Below, in pieces: positions 51,044-63,399 of a DNA stretch of 64,000 bases. Numbering within the stretch: the stretch's first letter is position 1; every line of letters begins with the position of its first letter. The position numbers were made by a program, and so were the translations under genes. The notes under the pieces were generated by a model. That model did no database searches, had not been told where the DNA came from, and saw only the letters and a program-made list of their open reading frames with translations. This DNA comes from Ophelia neglecta (Eukaryota): the NCBI GenBank assembly GCA_965285935.1, contig OZ260661.1:144522001-144586000 (forward strand). The letters are read 5' to 3'.

Positions 51044-53484
51044 TTGTTCTTTTGGAATCCGGTCTTGAAATCCTGTTTAATTACCTCTGCCGGTCCCAAA
51101 ATACTGGTATATTACGTCCCCGAGGTTATATATCCATAAGGCTTTGAGTCGGTCGGAATTAACAGCCGTGGAGCTGAATACACTTATACACCGGTTTTAC
51201 TCAGACTTTGTCTTGGGCTAACAGTCTTATAGCACTACCCGATGTCAATAGTTTGGAGCAAGTTTACCAAATTCTGTTCAGGGTGCGCTCTGCTGCAGCT
51301 GACGGTCATCCTGTTTTTGTCATCGATAGGAGCTGGGATAATACTGTCGTATATCTAACGGTTCTGCCACTCGTTAAATAGCTCTCTACGTTATAAAGAT
51401 GATGGAGCTTCCATACGGAATACAGTTTGTTTATCATGACAATTCAATCCAATTCCATTAGTTGCTTGTCATACCAGGAAGTAAACTAGTACAGAGTGAC
51501 ACTTGTGAGTAGAACATAAGCGCAAAAGCTCTCTTGATACTTGATAAGAGTTAATGTAAAAATGGCGAAGGCTATATCACATTCTGCTCTGCTATATGAT
51601 AAATATTGATAGATTAAAAGATGGAATACTGTAGTATGTGTTAACTCAGCAGACCTTTTCTCCCCTTATACAGAGTAATGGCGGTAATACTGGATCTGTT
51701 TAACCTTAAGCCTGTGCTAAGGGTTTTATTGGGCGTCCACCCCCCCCCCCTGCATCTAATATGAATTTTATACTTTTTATCTACCAGGCGACAGCTGCTT
51801 ACTGTTTGCTACTCCCGGTAGAAACAAAGTAAAACACCATTTTAGATACTCTCACAAATATCAAGGTTTTGATGACCCAGCACATTAATTGAATGCATAG
51901 ACAGTTTAACAGGCCTGGTTTTCAATCTTTTATAGCGGACAGGGCCTCCGTCAGACGTGGATACACGTCAGACAAAACAATTCTTAAGGTGCATTGAAAC
52001 AGCAAATTTATATTTATTGTTGTTTAAGGGTGGGAAGGGATCATTAATTCAAAAATCAGTCTCCGTCCGTGGAGTTATTTTTGCAAACTTTTTACACACG
52101 GGAGGTGATTTGCTTCTTGAGAGGATGTTGAATAAGACACTTTACGACCAGTAGCTGTAAAACTGGGACCGAGAATGTGGTGGAAACACTGTTCGTCTAC
52201 TCCTCATATATTCAGAAGAATATTTCAAATTACATCTGCCCACCCCTGCCCCTCACACGCACACAGACTACCAGTCTTCACCCGAAAGATATGGCAAACA
52301 TCCGCTAGTATCGGTCATTTATTTCGCTCCTTGACTATTTCCTGTTTTTCTGGGCTTTGAATTATAAGTGCTTTCCCTCCTAAATCAGTGTGAGTTTGTT
52401 TTTTCGGGAAACACGATAGTTAATGGACTCGATGACAGGCCCGCAGTACGGGAAGCACCTCACATAAATAGTCCGCCAGACGACATTATTCCCAGTCCAT
52501 TAAGTCTGACAAAACAATCCGTGTTGTGTCTGATTATCACGTTATAACATGGATTCGTGTTTTTATAACAAGGTTTGTCAGGATACGCGGTCGTTGTGGA
52601 TCCAGGAATGCACAATAGTTGGATTGAGATCACGATAATGGTGTGAGGGTGAACAGTGACCTCCCCTCCCCTTCCCCAGCCTTCCTTCGCTTATTTGTAT
52701 TGGTCTTATTACCTCCTGACGACGCCCCACCCCCCAGACACTTAAATCCGACCCCGAAGCGGTACGGCGAGGGAATACCATAATGCCATTGTGTAAAAAC
52801 ATCCCATTAGTCACATACGATCGTGCCTAGAACAGTACGCAATAACATTAAAGGGGGGCCTATATAGGGAACAGGCGACACAGACGGTCACAACTCATCA
52901 AGCCGTCCCCTTCAGCGGTAATATGATATGGTTAGCAGACTGTGTGTAGTGAGATAGATAGTTAGATATAAGGGGGAGAGTATACACGGCAGACAAACCA
53001 AACGTATCACAAGAAAGGTCAACGAAACCGGCACAAACACATCGATACATCTTATCCTCAGCACAAAAACAGTAAATAAACTTGAAATGCAAATACTAAA
53101 ATTACCAGTAGTAAGGCATGAGGTCGAGGATTAGCTTGTATGTTGTTGCAGACAGTCCTGATATCATCAGAGAAGGTGGGGTCAACCAAGGTCAAGGCCA
53201 TAAGCTGTTCAATCAGGTACCAAAGAAGTCCCCATGGAGTAAGGTCCCCATGGAGTAAGGTACAGGAATTGGCTCTCGACCGAGTCAATTACAGAACTTA
53301 TTCGCGCCCAGGCAAATATTCGGGTATCTTGCTGACCACTATACTACTTTAGGGGCTGGGCGACTCTTCATATTTGAATATTCAAATTTTTAGTAAGCCG
53401 CCGGGTATCTACGCCCGTGCTTTCGGTGTCGATATCCGGCAGGTTTGAAATGGCTTACCCTCATATTCAATAGACAACCAATGT

Positions 53485-53591
53485 CTGTTTTCATTGACCA
53501 GGATAGAATTTAAGAACAAAAGGCCTCGAGTTAAGACCAAATCCAGCTTCTAGAGTACAGTGCTTAGCCTGATTCTAGAAACCGGGCCCAG
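53485..53591 (+). mobile_element. MITE family B 3' fragment
   Basis: Contains ttaagaccaaatccagcttc and ends agaaaccgggcccag. Confidence 0.7.
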
Positions 53592-54539
53592 TAGCACTGC
53601 ATGATTTCTACCAGAATCAGCGTCAAATGGCCATGCTGCGACCACCATGGAAATAAGTTACTATTGTGACTTTCTGGTGCTATCCTTATCAATGTGATGC
53701 AAGTCCTGTGCCATTTAGTCCTGCAGCTGTATGTGTATTATCATTTTATAGTATACTAACCAAACTAAACTAAACTTAAGTATATCTGTTATAAGTTAAG
53801 GAAAACAACATTGTCTGGTATGCCACCCTTGTCTGTGACATGTTGGCTATGATTTCTTTTTTAATGCTTTTATTTTGTGTTTCCATGGGCTATCTAGATA
53901 CAGGTATTAGTGTACAGGACATTCATACATTCATTGGTGGATAAAGAGCGTTACATAAGTATAACAGATAGTATCAGTTATTAGATACTAACAGATGATA
54001 ATAATTGTTGGCTATGACTTCATTGCCCAGCTCGAGGTTGTGCCTGCGCGGTATAAATACGGTCCATGTATTTGAATTGTAGCTCTCGTGAATATTTGAT
54101 CGGGATTCACGTTAGCAAGCCACTCTACCTCCTGTAGGTACCAGTGTGCAGTTCAGGGAAGTCTATACACTGAAGGTGGGGGGCGGGGCGGGAGGAGGGG
54201 GGCTATCAATCATTTAGCTTACCTCTCGGTGCTCGTAATATGAATAATGCAGAGCCTCAAAACAGTTTATGAGTGTTTATCGTTCCACCTGGATAACAGT
54301 TAACGGATGGCCACAAGGCACATACCAGGTTCGTCAATTATACATATAATTTTTATGTATGGACTTTTAAAGGGTAGTTCATCTTTCTTTGACATTCAAT
54401 ACAAGTTGGAACCTTGGTGTATCAGTCTTTATCACGGCCGGGTATCTCCAGTCCAGATTACTGTGCTGTATTCTATGACTTTTAAGTCATTTGTCCCCGG
54501 TGCGCCGTCCAGTTCTTTTATTTCTCACTAACTGCTTGA

Positions 54540-54943
54540 GTTCCGTGTTTTTAGTTCCGGCCAGTGTGGCCAGAACTATTAGGTACAGGGGGGTAACTCT
54601 GTGGCATTATTTCTCTGGGGTTACTGAGACTGAATGTACTTTTCCAAATTTTAAGAGGCAATTGAAGGCATTTCTACTTGGTAATGATGTTGATGTGTGA
54701 TAAACCTGGTTTGTTTCTTGGAGTTACATTGCATGTGACACTGTTGTAATGATAAGCATATAATGATGATTTGTAGTAAATAAGCCAGTCAAATTAAATT
54801 AATCTGTATTAACTGATAGGAAACATATTCAATTTAGGGATCTTTCCTTTTTGCTCCATGTGATATTAATTTTACTATAACCATTTAACTGTGTATTTGT
54901 TTCAAATGGACCTATAAACAATTTGACTTGAATTTGACTTGAA
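54540..54943 (+). mobile_element. 5'-truncated L2/CR1-type LINE 3' end
   Basis: Frame RTIRYRGVTLWHYF...FPNFKRQLKAFLL* resembles L2/CR1-clade ORF2 C-termini, followed by a UTR and a (tttgacttgaa)2 tail. Confidence 0.7.
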
Positions 54944-56769
54944 TATGATTTTATTTATATTCCTTAAGAATATTTAAGGATTGTTTCCATAATAGTAAAA
55001 GTTGTTGTAAAATTTCGCGATTATTTTCGTTTTTTGTGTGTACACATCTATGTTTATCAGTCTCAATTCTAACGGAACAATGCGATTGCTTTGCACAATG
55101 CTTCACTCTTTAGCAACTGGTGTATATCCTTCATTCATTTTGTTAAAGGTTTGAAAACCAATTAAGAATTAATAATAGTCATGGGTGAAACCTCAACGTC
55201 ATTGTTGCACAGTCAGCCCCGAAACGGGCGGTGCAATTGACATGATTACTGGATATACAGATGAAATGTGTGCAATCATTGCACTTTTGTTAGTTTTTTA
55301 ACTTTGAAATGAAATTAAGTCCTTTTTTTTGTAAAAAATGACCAGTTTTCAAAATAAAATGTCCTAATGGACAAGGTAAGGAAATAGAAAAGAGAAAATT
55401 GATACGGTGTGTGGAATCATTTCTTCTAGTGGAATCAAGGTTTTTCATCTATCCGAATTTCCCATACTTTGCTCGGCTTGCAACAATAGCACTAGAGTCC
55501 TCATGCAACTTACATGGAGGGGCTGTAGACTCCGGTGTTATCGATCATTATAATGCAGTCATGCGTTTTTACTCTTAAGGACTGTCTCGGCTGGCACGAA
55601 CTGTAAAATGCTATAAAGAAAAGTTTGTGATAATTCTAGGATTATGCATATCATACTCAAGTGTACCGCCCTATACCTAAACCAGTTATGGTCTCTGTGC
55701 TCAGCTTGAATAGGATCAGTCGGGGATGATGTAATAATTCTAGTTCAGCCTGCCAGCAAGGAGGTGACAGCACTGCATACCAATAGTCTGCACTTGAATG
55801 TGGGGCTAGACTACAGATTTGCAGCGGTTCCATGTTCATTGCGAAACCTGTAGCTATTACACAAATGTGAAATTTACCTGAATGGAAAGCCCTCTAAAAT
55901 GTTAATCATCCCTGAAAGTTTTGTTTTGATTACTTAAACAAGCACTAAGTAAGGGCTTTTAAAACATCATTCCCATGTTAAATTCCCATATGAACAGCTG
56001 AAAGTAGCCCCACTTATCCCAGCCTTACCACTGCCTTTTAATTGCAATCAGCTTTGGAGGTAAGAAAAGTGGTTGTTGGACAGCAGTATGAAACATATCC
56101 GACTGGCCCTATTGTCCTCTGTGTGGTAACGCTATTGAGAAATAAGCACACCTGTTCACAAGGGCAAAGTAGGTCCTATTTATTTTCACATGGATTAAGG
56201 CGGTACTTTTATTTGCCATCAAGTCATTGTGCAAAAAAGTGCAGGAAGTGTTTTAGCTGTTAAACAAGAGTATAGGTGGGAATATCCACAGGATGTAAAG
56301 CCTGCCCGTAACTTTATTGCTATAGTAACCATGTATCACTCAAACAATCGACAATCAAAACATTATTCAAAATGTATAATATGTAAGGGTTGTGAATTTG
56401 AAATACAGAAAAGGAATACCATTGGCCGACTTGGGTTTCTTATGACAAAGCCAAGTAAACAATATGTACTACTGTTTCAACCTAACATTTACCTCCCAGC
56501 AGACACTGGAACCCAGCTAAAAGCCCAACAGATCTGTATCTCATAGTGACAACCAAGTTAGATCGGATCTTCCGTCTACCTTCGAACTCACCTGTATCCT
56601 CACTTGTCAATGACTTCAGGCTAGTGAGGGTGCCCATCTCCCTTTGCAAACTGCTACATCCACAAGACGCGAAGTTGTCCCACCATCATCTCACTTTTTT
56701 GTTTGATATAGCTCCTTTTGATGTCTTTGCTATTGACTACTAAGTGACATCAATATAAGTTTTAATTAG

Positions 56770-59700
56770 GATTAATGTATTAGGGCCTGTGCTGCTGGTT
56801 CCTGGGTATTGATGTATGTGGGCCTGTGCTGCTGGTTCCTTGGGTTGATGTATGTAGGCCTGTGGCGGCTGGTTCCTGGGTATTGATGTATGTGGGCCTG
56901 TGGCTGCTGGTTCCTGGGTATTGATGTATGTGGGCCTGTGGCTGCTGGTTCCTTGGGGTTGATGTATGTGGGCCTGTGGCTGCTGGTTCCTCGAGATTGA
57001 TGTATGTGGGCCTGTGGCTGCTGGTTCCTGGGTATTGATGTATGTGGGCCTGTGGCTGCTGGTTCCTGGGTATTGATGTATGTGGGCCTGTGGCTGCTGG
57101 TTCCTTGAGATTGATGTATGTGGGCCTTTGGCTGCTGGTTCCTTGAAGTTGATGAATGTGGGCCTGTTGCTGCTGGTTCCTTGGGATTGGTGTATTAGGG
57201 CCTGTGGCTGCTGGTTCCTTGGGATTGATGTATGTGGGCCGGTGGCTCCTGGTTCCTTGGGATTGATGTATGTGGGCCTTTGGCTGATGGTTTAAGGGGA
57301 TTGATGTATGTGGGCCTTTGGCTGATGGTTTAAGGGGATTGATGTTTGTAGGCCTGTGGCCGCTGGCTCCTTGGGATTGATGTATGTGGGCCTGTGGCTG
57401 CTGGTTCCTTGGGATTGATATATGTGGGCCTGTGGCTGCTGGTTCCTTGGGATTGATGTATGTGGGCCTGTGGCTGCTGGTTTCTGGGTATTGATGTATG
57501 TGGGCCTGTGGCTGCTGGTTCCTTGGGATTGATGTATGTGGGCCTGTGGCTGCTGGTTCCTTGGGATTGATGTATGTGGGCCTGTGGCTGCTGGTTCCTT
57601 GGGATTGATGTATGTGGGCCTGTGGCTGCTGGTTACTTGGGATTGATGTAAGTTGGTCTTTGCAGCTGGTTCCTTTATATTGATGGATGTGGGCCTGTTG
57701 CTTCTGGTTCCTTGAGATTGATGTATGTTGGCCTGTGGATGCTGGTTCCTTGGGATTGATGTATGTGGGCCTGTGGGTGGCTGCTGGTTCCTTCGGATTG
57801 ATATATGAGGGCTGTGGCTTCTGGTTCCTTGGGATTGATGTATGTGGGCATGTGGCTGCTTGTTCCGTGGGATTGATGTATGTGGGCCCGTGGCTGCTGC
57901 TTCCTCGGGTATTGATGTATGTGGGCCTGTGGCTGCTGGTTCCTTGGGATTGATGTATGTAGGCCTGTGGGTGGCTGCTGGTTCCTTTGGATTGATGTAT
58001 TAGGGCCTGTGGCTGCTTGTCCCTTGGGATTGATGTATGTGGGCCTGTGGCTGCTGGTTCCTTGGGGTTGATGAATGTGGGCCTGTTGCTGCTGGTTCCT
58101 TGGGATTGGTGTATTAGGGCCTGTGGCTGCTGGTTCCTCGGGATTGATGTATGTGGGCCTGTGGCTGTTGGCTCCTTTGGATTGATGTTTGTGGGTCTGT
58201 GGCTGCTTGTTCCTTGGGATTGATGGATGGGGGCCAGTGGCTGATGGTTCTTTGGGATTGATGTATGTGGGCCTGTGGCTGCTGGTTTCTGGGTATTGAT
58301 GTATGTGGGCCTGTGGCTGCTTGTTCCTTGGGATTGATGTATGGGGGCCTGTGGCTGATGGTTCTTTGGGATTGATGTATGTGTGCCTGCGGCTGATGGT
58401 TCAAGGGGATTGATGTTTGTGGGCCAGTGGCTGATGGTTCCTGGGGATTGATGTAAGTGGGCCTGTGGCTGCGTGTTCATGGGGATTGATGTATGTGGGC
58501 CTGTGGCTGCTGGTTCCTTGGGATTGATGTATGTGGGCCTGTGGCTGCTGGTTACTTGGGATTGATGTATGTTGGCCTGTGGCTGCTGGTTCCTTTATAT
58601 TGATGGATGTGGGCCTGTTGCTTCTGGTTCCTTGAGATTGATGTATGTTGGCCTGTGGATGCTCGTTCCTTGGGATTGATGTATGTGGGCCTGTGGCTGC
58701 TGGTTCCGTGGGATTGATGTATGTAGGCCTGTGGGTGGCTGCTGGTTCCTTTGGATTAATATATGAGGGCTGTGGCTTCTGGTTCCTTGGGATTGATGTA
58801 TGTGGGCCTGTGGCTGCTTGTTCCGTGGGATTGATGTATGTGGGCCCGTGGTTGCTGGTTCCTTGGGTATTGATATATGTGGGCCTGTGGCTGTTGGCTC
58901 CTTTGGATTGATGTATGTGGGTCTGTGGCTGCTTGTTCCTTGGGATTGATGAATGGGGGCCTGTGGCTGATGGTTCTTTGGGATTGATGTATGTGTGCCT
59001 GCGGCTGATGGTTCGAGGGGATTGATGTTTGTGGGCCAGTGGCTGATGGTTCCTGGGGATTGATGTAAGTGGGCCTGTGGCTGCGTGTTCATGGGGATTG
59101 ATGTATGTGGGCCTGTGGCTGCTGGTTTCTGGGTATTGATGTATGCGGGCCTGTGGCTGCTGGTTCCTTGGGATTGATGTATGTGGGTCTGTGGCTGGTG
59201 GTTTCTTGGGATCGATGTATGTGGGCCTGTGGCTGCTGGTTCCTTGGGATTGATGTATGTGGGCCTGTGGCTGCTGGTTACTTGGGATTGATGTATGTTG
59301 GCCTGTGGCTGCTGGTTCCTTTATATTGATGGATGTGGGCCTGTTGCTTCTGGTTCCTTGGGATTGATGTATGTGGGCCTGTGGTTGCTGGTTCCTTGGG
59401 ATTGATGTATGTAGGCCTGTGGGTGGCTTCTGGTTCCTTCTGATTAATATATGAGGGCTGTGGCTTCTGGTTCCTTGGGATTGATGTATGTGGGCCTGTG
59501 GCTGCTTGTTCCGTGGGATTGATGTTTGTGGGCCCGTGGTTCCTGGTTCCTTGGGTATTGATGAATGTGGGCCTGTGGCTGCTGGTTCCTTAGGATTGAT
59601 GTATGTAGGCCTGTGGGTGGCTGCTGGTTCCTTCGGATTGATGTATTAGGGCCTGTGGCTGCTCGTCCCTTGGGATTGATGTATGTGGGCCTGTGGCTGT

Positions 59701-60170
59701 TCGTCCCTTGGGATTGATGTATGTGGCCTTGTGGCTGCTCGTCCCTTGGGATTGATGTATGTTGGCCTGTGGTTGCTTGTTCCTGGGGATTGATATATGT
59801 GGGCCTGTGGCTGATGGCTCCTTGGGTTTGATGTATGTGGGCCTGTGGCTGTTGGTTCCTCGGGATTGATGTATGTAGGCCTGTGGCTGTTGGCTCCTTT
59901 GGATTGATGTATGTGGGTCTGTGGCTGCTTGTTCCTTGGGATTGATGGATGGGGGCCTGTGGCTGATGGTTCTTTGGGATTGATGTATGTGTGCCTGCGG
60001 CTGATGGTTCGAGGGCATTGATGTTTGTGGGCCAGTGGCTGATGGTTCCTGGGGATTGATGTATGTGGGCCTGTGGCTGCGTGTTCATGGGGATTGATAT
60101 ATGTGGGCCTGTGGCTGATGGCTCCTTGGGATTGATGTATGTGGGCCTGTGGCTCCAGGTTCCTTTGGCT
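56770..60170. repeat. 38-bp satellite (~89 copies) with block duplications
   Basis: Unit gggattgatgtatgtgggcctgtggctgctggttcctt. Diagnostic variants recur three times. Confidence 0.98.
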
Positions 60171-60738
60171 TCTAGCTGCTGGTTATTTCATCCAATTTAT
60201 ATAGAGAATATTGTATGTTTTTTGTAAAGGTCCAAAGAAAGGCTCCTATCTACGCGACCCACACGAACTCACGACCAATTAAGTACCAGCTATGTGCATG
60301 ATGTACTTTATATAGTTACCATAAGAAGGCAGCCAGGCTTGTTCTTCAGTAAATGCCTCGTTTTGTATAGTTGATTACCTACATTGGCGTCATAAACATA
60401 GTTTTATTCATGTTCAATAGACTTCAGGCCACACATGGGTTGTTGAATGTCAACCCATTAAGATAGTGAATTATTACCTAAGTGCTCTGCATGAAAAAGC
60501 ACGCAGCAATGTATTCATGGCGCTACCATGGGTCCAGTGCATGTTGTGTCTAACTAATAAACAAGGAGGCCATTGGTGAATATGCGTGCCAACTTGAGGC
60601 ATACACTATATCCGTAAATTATTAGGCACACTAGACATGTATGGGCAATTTGCTAGTTACTAATTGACTGTCAATAACTATACAGCAATATGTTACCGGA
60701 TATCATCAACTGACGAATTAACTCGCTATGTACTATTG

Positions 60739-60867
60739 TTGTAGCCAGAGGACACACCGCTTTAACATGGTGAAGTGGCCTCGCCAGGAATAGCGCTGAT
60801 TGTCATCACAGTTCATGTTTTTCTCTTTACGTAATAAGTATCAAATTTCATCGCCAAAGCAACCCGC
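60739..60867 (+). promoter_or_regulatory. Conserved non-coding block upstream of Cys-rich exon 1
   Basis: Homologous to 62257-62385 at a similar distance from the ATG. Confidence 0.55.
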
Positions 60868-61305
60868 ATTGCGTGGGCCAGTGAGGAAGAGAAGGGAGGT
60901 ATTATTGGCACATTCAGTCGTTTGAAGTCACAGTGTCTATTAATGGATGAAGCCTGATGTGCATTGATCTGAACAAATGACGGCGCAAGTCCGAGTGATC
61001 TAACAAGACTATTGTTCAGACATATTGGGAACAGTCAGAGTGATTAATCTAATTTGTCTATTGTTCAAACATATTGGACACGCATTATTCACAGGCTTAA
61101 TGTATTCTAGAAGTATTTTCGATTGACATACATAGATCCGAATAGAAGTAAAGGATAAACAATAGACACTGTCTAGCGCCTAGTCCAGGGATGTTAAACA
61201 TGGTAACTTCAGAATAGAAGATCGTACTTGGTGCGTGACAGTGCACACGGTACTTAATTCCGGCGTTTTCTGATGTGTTAGCGAGGTTAAAAGTTGTCTA
61301 TTAGG

Positions 61306-61440
61306 ATGTCTCGCGTAGCAAGCCAGAGTGGGGCGGTGGTAGGGACAACATACCATGGACTTTACCCCGAGTACCGAGCCAATGGCCACTGTTCACTGGT
61401 CACCTGCCTCTGTGAACTGTGCTCTTGGTGTCTGGGTCTG
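61306..61440 (+). CDS. Cys-rich first coding exon, copy 1: MSRVASQSGAVVGTTYHGLYPEYRANGHCSLVTCLCELCSWCLGL (phase 0)
   Basis: ATG, 45 codons, CTG|GTAAGT. 28/42 aligned residues identical to 62796-62921, with many synonymous changes and a 9-nt in-frame indel. Confidence 0.8.
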
Positions 61441-62256
61441 GTAAGTAGCCACTGACATTACATCTATGGTGCGGTGATTTGTACTCGCTTCTACCCGTTT
61501 AAATGTAAAGGAAATACAAATCCCCCCACCCCCTGTTCAAAGACACATTGGACTAGACCATAACCGCTACCTGTATGCAGCTCCTGGTGCGGACCAAGAA
61601 GCCGAGTATGGTGTCAATTCTTTAGACCACACCTTTATTACTCATCAATACTTACCCGTCCCGACCAGTAGGGCAATGGTCCCATTTCCGTCAGACCACT
61701 CCTGAATGCTTCTCTGCCTGTGACTCCGCGACTGACCTCTATATACAATGGACATCGTACCAGCTGTGTGTTTTATTAATGTCACTCTGAAAACCACTCT
61801 CCAATTGCGTTAATCCATTGTTAGCAACCTACATGTATAAATTGCCATCTGTTACTAGCCATATGCTTTGTTCAGTAAGCACGGTACTAACATCATTGTA
61901 CAGTTTATACACAATTAATGACGATCCATACCTGGCTAGTTGATTGTCGCCAGTTTAAGGGGGTGTATTGTTCCTAGGGATATTTGTATGTGTAGCGCTA
62001 TTACATGAATGGCAAGGTATACTTTCTACTGCCTGTTGGAACTCCCTTGCTAATGAGTAGTTCTCCAAACAATGTCAATGTGCGCTTTGTATTTGTTCTG
62101 GACACATGTTAGAAGTGAGACATGCAAGATACGGATTGATCTCTAGGTATATGATCAATCTTGTGCAAGCTGCCAATCGACAGACAATAGTCAAACAGCC
62201 ATTTGTATGACCATCGATCTAAGCGACTGATGACATAAATCACACTAGTATCATGA

Positions 62257-62385
62257 TTGTAGCCAGGGGACATACCACTTTAACATGGTGAAGAGGCCTC
62301 GCCAGGGATCGCCCTGATTGATATCGCTGTTCCTTTTTTTTTTCATTACCTAATGGGTATCATATTTCATTGCCACAATACCCGC
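62257..62385 (+). promoter_or_regulatory. Conserved non-coding block upstream of Cys-rich exon 2
   Basis: ttgtagccag.ggaca.acc.ctttaacatggtgaag.ggcctcgccagg shared with 60739-60867. Confidence 0.55.
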
Positions 62386-62795
62386 TGATGTGTTGGTCAT
62401 GAAGCTGGGAAAGGGAGACATTACATGTTGCATGTCGTACCATGATATCACTGGGTGGAGTCCGATATACACTGACTATAACAAGGAGACTCACTGCGTT
62501 ATTGTTGTAAAAAGATATCTATATACCCAGGTCGGAAGGATAAGCTGATTCAGTGATTAGGCGTCTAAGTGGGCCATTGTACAGTCATATTGTACAAATT
62601 TTGCACCCATTTGATATATTCAAGGAATTCGCTTAAAGAGTCACAGCCACAAATTCTGGAATGATCCGCAATGGTACTGTAGAAACAAGGATGTTTGCTT
62701 TTCTGTGAATATCTATCAATAATAAACTCAGGGGTGATTTTTCTTGTTTGGTCTGGTAATGAATGCTGTTGGGTAAAGGACGGTTTATTAGTATA

Positions 62796-62921
62796 ATGTC
62801 TCGGATAGCTAGCCAGAGTGGGGCGGGGGCGGGGACCGTTTACCGTGGATTGCACCCAGACTACCGTGATGCTGGACTGGTCACCTGCGTTTGTGAGATC
62901 TGCTCCTGGTGTGTCGGCATC
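62796..62921 (+). CDS. Cys-rich first coding exon, copy 2: MSRIASQSGAGAGTVYRGLHPDYRDAGLVTCVCEICSWCVGI (phase 0)
   Basis: ATG (an in-frame ATG also at 62763), 42 codons, ATC|GTAAGT. Paralogue of 61306-61440. Confidence 0.8.
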
Positions 62922-63399
62922 GTAAGTAATGAGTTCGTTATCAAATAAATTATGCGTTCTTTGTATCATAAGGATGAATGTTACGATATGTTGCGTTAAA
63001 CGACTGACTTAGCCTATTAGAATCCAGAATTGGGAGCCTGAAATTCACTTTGGGCGTTTCTAGTTTAGGTTCTTTACAATCCATCATGCTCGATCAAAAT
63101 GGTTTTACTGTAGGTAATTATTGAATGCAATGGTAAATATTGAAAAATATCAGGACTTTATTTTTAAAGAAAAACGTTTTAGAAACTGTTTCACTTGTGC
63201 TATCATTTGCAATGGCCTATTAAGGGTGCAAAGTGCTAGGTAGAAAAAAAACATTATTGGCCTCACAGCTCACAGGCCTTATGCCTGTGGTTGCCCATAA
63301 GATTGCCCATTATAAGGAATAGTTAAAGTGTTGAATAAATTGTACTAACAGATTTATTCCGTAACTTTGTTACTGTATCACGCCTCTAAAGTGCAAACC

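Noticed and set aside
56780-58480. 566-aa minus-strand ORF and neighbouring 96-214 aa ORFs
   Set aside because: These are translations of the 38-bp satellite. Its minus strand lacks stops in all three frames, giving a 38-aa period from three units.
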